DNA from: Iphione sp. A-MEVVRFRX5
Taxonomy: Eukaryota
Length of the DNA: 64,000 bases
Direction of reading: 5' to 3'
NCBI GenBank assembly: GCA_976226885.1
Contig: OZ320313.1
Span: 28,830,001 to 28,894,000, forward strand
Part shown: positions 53,801-62,253 of the stretch, in pieces
Numbering within the stretch: position 1 is the first letter of the stretch
How the letters are laid out: the number at the start of each line of letters is the position of its first letter
The notes under the pieces: generated by a model
Seen by the model: the letters and a program-made list of their open reading frames with translations, nothing else
Told to the model about the DNA's origin: nothing
The model's database searches: none
Made by a program: the position numbers and the translations under genes

Positions 53801-56340
53801 CCTCGAAGCAACTTTCTATGTAGAATACCACCCTGTGCAAAGTCTTCAGTCTGCTTTCTTTTTTCAACTAAACAGAAACACGTGTATATAAGGCTCCCAC
53901 CTGCGGGTAATAAACTAACAGGGATCCACGATGCAAAAGTTTAGCATACCTCCTCTGATTGGCCGGATTTCCTCCCCAGATGTTTTCCCACATTCTTGTT
54001 TTTAATTGGCATCTTTTAATAAGATGAGACGCTGGTCAATGGGCTCAGTATGTAGGATATTTATCTAGAACGACAGGTGATGAGAGGAGGGAGAGATAGG
54101 GAGAGACAAACAGATCTTGTCCAGCAGTGGTAATGATGTCTAAACCATGCCCAGGAATTTCATTTCTGTGAGATATCAGGAAAGGTATAAAAAGCATAAC
54201 AAGATTTTTTTTAATGATTATACTTGGTGTATATATTGTAACGAATATTAGTCCTTATAGATAAAAGAATAAACTCTTCAATTCAATCTAATTCACTCGT
54301 ATTTTAATAATGGGTCCGCATGTGGGTGACTCATGGGGAGTTATTGGTGAACACGGCTTGGCCCTGTGTGGTCAGCTGTGCCCTGACCGCCAAACCCAAG
54401 TTATGCATGTGGCTAATGAGCACTGTTCGCACTACTTAACGCTGTCCATAAAAGTACGTGTATGCCTTATAATATGAACGATGGGGAAGTACATGTGTTA
54501 AAATGTAAGATACGTATACATGTACATGTAAAACGAAACCTATTTCATCCAGTCTGTGGATGTTGAGTGAGGCTCTAATTGAAACAGTTTTTAGGCTGTA
54601 AATATAAGATGCTATTGCTGTCTTTTGGAAGCTGCACTTAGTGACTTTCGTATGAATTTATTATTTTGATAACTTGTTCTTACAGCCATCCGTGGCCTCA
54701 GCCTGGAGGACACTTTCTGCGCACGCTCTTTCCTCGACGGCGTCTGCCAGCTGGAATGCGATTCGGAGCGTTATCTGTACGACGGCTACGACTGCACGAC
54801 GCGACTCGGTCGCTGCCCGGACGACGACGTATGCAAGCCACGCTTCTTCAACGGCTTCTGTGATCGCGAGTGCGACACGCGCGAGTGCGGCTGGGACGGC
54901 GGCGACTGCATACACACGACGCTGCGAGTCGTCGACGGCACGGTGGCGCTGTTCCTGGCGCGCCGTCAAGCGGCGGTTACCGTCAACCTGAAGGCGCTGG
55001 GCCGGGCGCTGACCGCCCTCTTGCAGACTCTCGTCCGGGTCTTACCCGGCGACTGGAACGGCCCGCACCGGGACGTGCAAGGCAGAGGGAGTTTGTATGG
55101 TGCGCCAGCCGAGCCTGCTGGAGCAGCCTCCGCCGAGCAGCTCGAGCACGTGCTCTTCTTGCGAATCGACAATACTAAATGCAAAGGAAGCTGCATCAAG
55201 AGTGCCGAGAATGCCGCGCACTTTATCGCCCTCGCACTACAGAAGGGTTGGGATCCTGGTATAAGCGTGACCGCCGTGACAGGTGAGCCTTCCCCTTTAA
55301 TCACAGTTCGTTGGGAATTGTATGCACACGTACAGCCACGTGTCAACATGTAATTATCTAACGTTTGAAAATATCAAACTATAGATAAATATAACCAACT
55401 TCTGATATCTACCAAATAGTTTGTGCCTAGCGTACGTCTACGTGTGTGCTGTTGTAATTCGTACACACTAGTATCATTAGTAAACCACTGACTCATTGTT
55501 GTTACCTGAGTCACTCTGCCTTTCATTGAAAAGGACTCTATCCAAAATAACCTGGCGTTTTTTAACGTCGCAATGAACTTCTTTTTAATCTCAGTTCGTC
55601 GCAAGCATTAAGAACAAGATTAATCACAGAAGACTATGAGAACTATGACGTAGACAATGAATGTTGTTTGATGACGAGCCTATGAACCAAATCTCATGAA
55701 CTTAGACCCCCACCCCGAAAAATATTCAAGACCAACTGCTTCAGGACTAGACATGGTGCTGTATAATTGTAGCTAAATCCTCATAACACAGGTCATAGCA
55801 CCACCCGCATGTATGTTATTATAATTCACATGTTTCAATTCCTAATCGTATTCATTGCTAAACATGTCTGTATGTCTCTTTCTGAGTGTGTCTGTCTGTG
55901 CGTCTTTCTTTCTCTGTATTTCTCTCTTTGTCTGTCTGTCTGTGTGTCTGCCTGTCTCTCTCAGCAAATGAATAACATATTCGGTATCCTTTCCCACAGT
56001 GATCAGCAAACTTCAGTCGGACGAGGAGTGCCCCATTGAGAACAACACTTTGCTCGACATAGATCTCGATTCTGTCGACAGGGGGCAGCCCCACAGTAAC
56101 GGTGGCGCCGCCTCTGGCGGCGAGGGGGAAGGCTTCCTGGGGCTGGGCCTGCAGCCGTGGGTACTGATTGCCGCGGTGGCCAGCGGCCTGGCCCTGCTCC
56201 TCCTCATCTTGACTCTGACCCTGGTCACCTGCCGCATGCTGACGCACCGCCATAAGCGGCGCCGCCGCGATTCGTTCGACCTCTACGACTCGACGGCGCG
56301 AATTCGTTCCGAGAAGGGACCGCCTGGAACGGACGTGTGA
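17735..56340 (+). CDS. Spliced gene, join(17735..17837,51859..52341,54686..55282,56000..56340): 507-aa type I membrane protein, SP-Ig-LNR-LNR-NOD-NODP-TM-PDZ motif (Notch-NRR-containing receptor, not Notch)
   Basis: 103+483+597+341 = 1524 nt = 507 codons plus TGA. All junctions are GT..AG phase 1 and frame-compatible. Coding exons are GC3-rich against an AT-richer background. The domain order is coherent. Exon 1 is assigned across a 34-kb intron by phase and signal-peptide logic, so it is less certain than exons 2-4. Confidence 0.88.
20917..21247. mobile_element. Non-autonomous TIR element (MITE), unclassified family, short copy
   Basis: Left AGGCCTAAAAAATAGGTGTGTTTCTGGTAAC is an imperfect inverted repeat of right GTTACCAGAAAGACAACTTTTTTTCGTTTTGGCCT. 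About 130 bp of the left arm is homologous to 61537-61670. Confidence 0.75.
24480..24610 (+). promoter_or_regulatory. Intronic CpG-rich promoter/enhancer-like cluster (CCAAT, CRE, ETS-like)
   Basis: CCAAT at 24491. Palindrome CGTGACGTCACG at 24571-24582 containing the CRE TGACGTCA. Extra TGACG half-site at ~24564. CAGGAAG at ~24591. CpG-dense context. Motif evidence only. Confidence 0.4.
25940..26229 (-). mobile_element. tRNA-derived SINE
   Basis: Minus strand reads GTGGAGTTAGCTCAGTTGGTAATAGTGCTG...GAGGTCACAGGTTCAATCCTG. Pol III A box (26209-26220) and B box (26158-26167) are present, but there is no clean acceptor or anticodon stem, and a non-tRNA body follows. The 3' boundary is approximate. 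Confidence 0.7.
34332..34344 (+). promoter_or_regulatory. CTCF-type motif CCACCAGAGGGCG
   Basis: Exact match to the core consensus CCASYAGRKGGCR inside a CpG-rich intronic segment. Confidence 0.45.
37050..37680 (-). mobile_element. CR1/L2-type LINE fragment (post-RT thumb region)
   Basis: Minus ORF 37403-37603 contains VNVYRYLGVVLDQNLSFD...ILKTVSYKLYYFHKVR, the conserved YLGVxxDxxLxF...K motif. Degenerate C-terminal residues follow. Confidence 0.75.
39782..40127. other. Two assembly gaps or masked runs (39782-39938, 157 N; 39988-40127, 140 N)
   Basis: N runs flanked by CT-rich sequence. Confidence 0.99.
42736..43062. repeat. 94-bp tandem repeat (about 3 copies plus a partial) inside the MITE
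   Basis: CCCCAAAATCACTATGAAAAC recurs at 94-bp spacing (T anchor at 42744, 42838, 42932). Each unit carries GGCGACCGCCGGCGACCGCCGG. Confidence 0.95.
43103..43295. repeat. 31/33-bp tandem repeat, 6 copies, inside the MITE
   Basis: TTCAGTTAACTTGGACTTTTTCCCCATAATA starts at 43103, 43136, 43169, 43200, 43231 and 43262. Confidence 0.95.
51662..51733. repeat. 21-bp tandem repeat, about 3.5 copies
   Basis: CTCTCTAACTAGGAGTTTCAC variants at 51662, 51683, 51704 and 51725, about 125 nt upstream of the exon 2 acceptor. Confidence 0.9.
51859..52341 (+). CDS. Exon 2: Ig-like domain (V/I-set-like) with a long BC-loop insertion
   Basis: Acceptor TTGTTCTTGGCAG| and donor TACG|GTAAGC. B-strand VDIVC, C-strand IQWQR, E-strand SLLRVRQM, canonical F-strand EDIGTYRC, G-strand RTAHLAL. 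Sequon NIS. Confidence 0.93.
54686..55282 (+). CDS. Exon 3: Notch negative regulatory region (2 LNR + NOD/HD-N + NODP/HD-C)
   Basis: Acceptor TTGTTCTTACAG| and donor ACAG|GTGAGC. Translation gives FCARSFLDGVCQLECDSERYLYDGYDC and CPDDDVCKPRFFNGFCDRECDTRECGWDGGDC (LNR). VVDGTVALFL...LKALGRALTALLQTLVRV parallels Notch NOD. VLFLRIDNTKCKGSCIKSAENAAHFIA...ISVTAVT parallels Notch NODP (VYLEIDNRQC...CFQSA..VAAFL...KIEAVQ). The supplied ORF track shows only the 3' part in this frame (from 54943). Confidence 0.95.
56000..56340 (+). CDS. Exon 4: stalk, transmembrane helix and 35-aa cytoplasmic tail, with stop codon
   Basis: Acceptor CCTTTCCCACAG|. TM WVLIAAVASGLALLLLILTLTLVTC (56158-56232). Basic stop-transfer HRHKRRRR. 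C-terminal GTDV then TGA. Confidence 0.93.
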
Positions 56341-56987
56341 TCTGCTTCATTTTATTACAGGGCGAAACGTTGATATTCTCTTGTGCCCAATACATGTATA
56401 TTCGTGTCTCCTCCGCATCATCCGATAAGATTGGATGTGTGGGTCGAAGGAGACAATTTTTTTTTCAGAAATGCATGTACATGTAATTCCGAGTTGGTTT
56501 TGTATCGTGATAATCTGGCAGATGTAAAAAGTAAGAGGTTACATGTATATTTCCAACAACATGAAAGACAGGACATGGTAAAAGAGGGCGGGGGGTCACC
56601 CTTGGAGATTATGAAAGCATTAGCGTTTGTTTCAAAGGGAAAACATATGAATTGACTTACATCAGTATATATACACATGTACACTATGGCCTTACACTCA
56701 GTATGTCTGTAATCTAAATAACCCAGTCCGTGCGCGTCATGTGTAAAAGCAAGAGAGGCATTCTTCTGTCATTGTCAATGTTGAGTGGTATCAAGCTGGG
56801 TTTATTTTTATATATTGCAATCATGTGCTTATATTTTCACCTGAGTGAAAAAATGGGAGTGTATGAAGAAACTGATATCAGATAAGCATGGACATAATAT
56901 CTCACACATGATAGGCTTCAAAGAATTCAGCTTTAAATGTAAATGATAGCTGTACCCATGAGTGGCGCAAGACATGCCAGAATATAA

Positions 56988-58740
56988 AATAAAGCATCTC
57001 TTAGCCACTGCCTCTCTGTAGAGCCCCTAAGCATAGAACGTGCGAGATCAGTCCCAATCCTGATGCTATGATTCCTAGTTTAAAATATTTTCTCCACCAA
57101 GACCGCTTTCTAGCAAGAGCTTCTACCTGCTCGCCGTCTATGCCCGGCGTATAGAGTGTCGCCCAAGGTGCTAAACAAACTTCTAACCCGAACGGACACA
57201 AAGAAAATACTACAGTGACCAGGCAGGCAGGAGGATTCACCAATTCCGCTTCACTCTATGACACTGAATGAAATACATTTACATGCTGTATTTGCGGCAC
57301 GTTTTCCTCCAGCAGTGCTATCGGTAACCCTGCAGAAATCGGCCGGATTTTGACTCACATTACAACAGACTTTTCATATTCTTTTCCATTTTACTCAATA
57401 AAACTATACTTAAGAGTATATATAATATTCAATGAGAAACAGTTATCCATAGCTGTAATATATTGCCACTATGAACCCTATAGGATTGTCACTCCGATAT
57501 CCTACCCTTGTACATTAGACATACAGCTTAGCAATTATTACTCATCAGTCCGGAGAGGCTCCACTTCAGTTACATCTGGAAAAGAGTGTTAATTTTAAAT
57601 TTCCATTTAAGAGCTCCAGAGCTTATGTGCATGGAAAAGCAGACATTTTCTTGAGTTGTTTGGTCTGTGAGGATAACCGCTCCATTAATGAAAAATCCAT
57701 CTCAAGGCTACTAAGCGCTTTTAAATATTTTTTCCCTCCTTCTGGATCGTTTTAAGTAAACATGTAAATTGCTCAAACATGAAACCCAAAGGGTAGACAC
57801 TGGCATCATATGTGCATATTCTCTGTGAGACAGGAAAATAATAAAATACATACTCTTTGGCCAGCGAAAGAAATTCACATGTACAAGTGTTGATAGATAT
57901 AAATATGAAGGTAGGTATAACATTTGGCTCCAAGGCAAACAAAACCCGGCGGAATTCAGGACATGCTACATGATTGTTACGTCGCCTCCCGTCAAAGGCT
58001 CGATTTGAATAGACACATTATTTCATATTCGTTATTACTATACAGATAAAAAGCTACGTACTAACACCCAATCGGAACGATAATTTTGTTCAGCAATGAT
58101 GTTATATATTCTGTATATTTAATATATTAACTATTTGTGTGAATGGCCGTGTAAATGGAATGAAGTTACGTGGCAGTAATGTAATGTCGTTTCTCTATCA
58201 CGTGTTTTGCATAGAGTTTGTATTGGTGACACATTGTATGTTACACTAGTCAAAGCTTGTTGATACTTGTCAGATGTTCTGTACACGGAGTGAAGGTTCT
58301 CCATGTGTTTTTCTCATTTGCTGACATCTATATAAATGTATTTCCTATCTTGAAACACCGAAAGAAAAGAAAAAAGTGAGATTTTACAAATAACACCGCA
58401 ATCCCCCCAAACATTTAATATATTAGGAATATTATTACATTTTTCTGATGGAAAAGCTAATTTTACCACAATTCACGTCTTCGTCCCTACAGATGAATGG
58501 ATCCTTTTTTAAATATCTTAGACAATGATAGTTTTTCATCTTTTTTTAAAAATTACTTGGTAATGGGATTTACCGTTTCTAAAATTTCTATGTGTAATCT
58601 AAGACTGGCATTAAAGAATTGTTAATAAGGCTATCTGCATTTATTTCATAGTCATATACATCACTCGATATTTTGATGGCGCAATAACATTTACATGTCC
58701 GTCCGTGTACAGAAGCGACAAATCAGGTTTTGTAAATAAA
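56988..58740 (+). terminator. Candidate polyadenylation signals of the receptor gene
   Basis: AATAAA at 56988, 57397, 57840 and 58735 in AT-rich sequence downstream of the stop. Which one is used cannot be determined. Confidence 0.35.
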
Positions 58741-60809
58741 GACGTTTTGAGATGTACAACCCATTGTCAGGAGTTTATTTTCACACTGAAAAAAAATAGA
58801 AAAGAATGGATCTCTCGATATGCAAAATGCCTGAAATCTTAAGAAAATAGAGCTATGCACTTTGTTTTTTCCCAGCGACATTAATAGGCACGATTCTTTC
58901 TAGGGAATTAAATCGTACGTAAATAATACTTTGCTTGAAATATTGCTTCATGCATTTTAGGAGAGAGGCTCCATCATACACTGCATACAGTTTTGACCGG
59001 ATGATGTCGTAATTTTGTGTTTGTACGATTAAATTATATCGCCAAATGAAACTGTGTGAATAAGTCAAGTCTAGATGTAGCGGGCTACTCACAAAAAAAT
59101 CTTCATTTTTTACATCAGAGGTATGGAAACAAAAAAAAAACATGAGACATAGAACGTTCAAGTTTTATTTATATATCAATCTAGAAGCGACAAACAAGTC
59201 TTAATGGGTTCAGCAAAGGATCAACGGCTGTCATCATTCGATTCTCCGAGTTAATTACAGAGACGACGTACACTTCAGTTCCCTTCCATTATGGCAAAAG
59301 CGAGACTATTCTAAATGCCATATTCTTCTTATATATTGCCCTCGACTCGACTGATGGGTATTGTGCAACTCAATGATACTGTTACTGTTAAAACACTTCA
59401 TCCTCCTCGTGGGACCTTTTTCAGCCTAACTCTCGCCAAGGTTTCACTCTAGAAACACGTAAACACGTACTACATGTACTTGTAAATAGGTAAGAGAGAG
59501 CAACTCCAATCGTAAGGAGATGAGCAGGTGGGTGTTAAAGAAAAGTCACTGATTACCCGCGTGGGCGTTCTTATCCCTCATATATGTGACTTAAATATGT
59601 CAGCAGCATTTATCAATATCCTTAGGACTTCCATGTGGAAATCTGGCCCGGTAATTATTTTCTACACTAAGGGCAAACGAACTGAAAAAATGCCACATAT
59701 ACGCATTCGACCTCTCCCCCACCGCTTACACAAACATACATACAAGCGACAGGGAGGGACTGGGGAGGGACGAGACTGCCTAGGAAAAGCAAAAGAGAGA
59801 GTGTTATGAAGTATGCTTGACAAATTCATGCATCGTTTTAAGCTTAGACATTAAGCTACATCTCTGTGCAGCACATTGGTTGTCTTCTTGCTCTGAGCAA
59901 TAACAATGGAAGGTATACACGTACCCTTCGCCAATGTCAACAACCCGTTTTCCCTACTGTCCCCACATATTAATTCATATGACTAGTAGTGCAATAATGT
60001 GGCCACAAATAACATAGGGATAAAAAAGCAGGGAAATGTTCGGAGTGCATTGTACTTGGTTTCCATGATCCAAGTTGAGGGGATTCGTTGAAAATATACG
60101 AGGTTGTTCCAAATATTAACACATTCTGTAAAAGATTAACAACTCGATGCAAGATAGCTCCAAATAATTTCAGTGCGATGCTCTTTTCCTCCTTTCCACT
60201 GCCAACTCATGCATCCCAGGTACCATTTGGCAAAAATAACTTTATTTCCCTCGAGGGTCGCAGGGAAAGTGTGGAGGTACGGCTCATGCCGTGCTCTGCC
60301 CTCAATGTGCCAAGTGACTTGATCAGCCTCCCCACACCATCTTAACATGCCTTTCTTGCCTTATGCCCCTTATCTACCCTATAATGCAATATCTGCCAAG
60401 CATTAAAGCCTACATCCATTGGCTCAAATCAAGGGACTTGGAACTTACGACGTTGGCTCCCATGGTTGTAGCACATGGGTGCAGGTGATCCAAAATACTC
60501 CACTAGTAAGGATTATCCAAAGGGTCCACTGTATAAGCCCTGTTAGCCCTTCCCAGAATCTGTTTCAGAGTTCCATTGTCAGTAAGTGGCCACCCAACCA
60601 GGTGTCGCAACCCCAGTCTGGTTCGCAACAGACTTGACCAAGGGTTCCTCCTTGCCTGCAATCAGGGGATTGGGCTCTGTGCTGTGCTTCAAAAACCCAA
60701 AGACACGCTCCTAAATGACACCTTCCCACTTCACTACACAAGGGGAGAGAAGCCCGCTACTTCCAACTTACACTGCCTCACTAGCAAAGTGCTAGGACTG
60801 CTTTGTGGC

Positions 60810-60852
60810 TTTAACAAAAACCTGACCTGACCTGCCATGACCTGACCTGACA
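60810..60852 (+). repeat. (ACCTG)n short tandem tail, possibly the 3' end of a retroposon
   Basis: TTTAACAAAAACCTGACCTGACCTGCCATGACCTGACCTGAC. No diagnostic body identified. Confidence 0.35.
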
Positions 60853-61536
60853 ATGTGTTGTAAGAGGTGTTGGAAGTGATTGCAGGATAAACCTGCCAGC
60901 GAGTGTGTGCATGCCTTAGGAGAGATGGTTAGGGGAAGGGGCAGATGGTTCTAACTAGCACTTAGACATACTCGTGAGTCAGTAACATCACAGAACATCA
61001 GGTAACAGCACAGAGTATCATTACATCGAAGAAAAAACTGATTCCCCCAGGGAAGGAGTGGGAGCTTCAAGCAATTATATAAAAAAAACCCACAAAATTC
61101 AACACTTACGTCACAATCAAGGAATTGTGGGAAAACAGCTCACAATTTTGACAGATATGGCACAATTTCATTCATATTTGGCACTCGGCATATGCAGGGA
61201 TACACGCATACATGGAAACAAACATGCAGAAGGCTTCAGAGAATCACCCTCAACGGTCATTACTGCACACACTCAAGGTGCACACATGCACCGAAAACAC
61301 ATTAATGGAAACCTAACCTAACAGGTGTAATATCACACTTTTTACCTTATTTCACACCACTCGATGTTATTTCCATAATACAACATCGTCTCATCAAACG
61401 CCTTTCTTTCAGGCACTTTTCCTGATCTTTCATCGTCCTATCTGTATTAAAGTGAAAATATGAAGCAAATTGCATTTCGATATTCAGCTTCTATTTCATA
61501 AGAATGCTCTCAGAAACTTTAAACTACAATATGCAC

Positions 61537-62253
61537 AGTCCAAAAAAAATAGGTATGTTTCTGGTTATGACCCGCCCAAAACCTAAGAAGGGGGGGGATA
61601 TTTTTTTTGTTTTCTTCCTCTGGTTATCAACAATACTAAAGACAATACAAGGAATGTATAACAGTTGAACTTATAAAGCTGAACACTTTACTAGGAACAA
61701 ATCTAATAGCTGGTGGAAAAATAATATTCAATGATGTTACTTCATATCTCTCCTCTTTGATAGTTCAGCTGTTATTAAGCTTTAGCACCTTAAAAACAAA
61801 AAAACAGTAAATATTCTGCTCTTATATCATGAAAGCTGAATCAAAATAGTTTGTGCATCGTCTTGTGAATGTCATAACCTATGACTTTGAATTATAGTTA
61901 TTTGTGGATCTTTCATTTTTTATGGCCATAAGGCCTTCCATAGGTTGGTTTATACCCACCATCACTAGATGCCATGCACATAGGGTATACAGACTAATAC
62001 TTCTCCAAAGAGATTTGGTCCTTTCTGTATCTGAGCCATCACAATAGTAATAAAGAACATATTAGCCGATGGAAGAACCATCAAATAGGGTATCCATGGG
62101 ACCCTGACTGGTCAGCCTTCTAGAATAGCCTAAGTCTGTTTTGTATTGGCATTGTATATTTCCCTCCTCTTTGGAAGCTTACTTAACATGTACATCAGGG
62201 ACTTCTAGGTAGGGGTGGGGGTGACCAGAAACACACCTATTTTGGGGGGCCCT
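61537..62253. mobile_element. Longer copy of the unclassified TIR family seen at 20917
   Basis: Left AGTCCAAAAAAAATAGGTATGTTTCTGGTTATGACC is an inverted repeat of right GTGACCAGAAACACACCTATTTTGGGGGGCCCT. The left arm is homologous to 20917-21050. Confidence 0.72.

Noticed and set aside
54697-54909. PAPP-A or GNPTAB/Stealth as the source of the LNR pair
   Set aside because: The LNRs are followed directly by NOD- and NODP-like segments and a TM, with no metzincin or Stealth motifs.
54661-55349. Alternative-frame and antisense ORFs over exons 2 and 3
   Set aside because: Shadows of GC3-rich coding sequence; only the LNR/NOD and Ig frames have domain signatures and matching splice phases.
54686-56340. 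Calling the gene Notch (or a Notch pseudogene)
   Set aside because: No EGF repeats upstream, a stop codon 35 aa after the TM, no RAM or ANK, and an Ig exon in frame. The intact frame, splice sites and paired Cys loss argue against a pseudogene, so no symbol was assigned.
57001-57243. Minus-strand 80-aa hydrophobic ORF
   Set aside because: GTG start, no splice or domain support, and antisense to the probable 3' UTR.
61900-62060. PHD-finger-like fragment (YYYCDGSD...CAWHL) on the minus strand inside the TIR element
   Set aside because: Most zinc-ligand Cys residues are missing; the similarity is too weak without a profile search.
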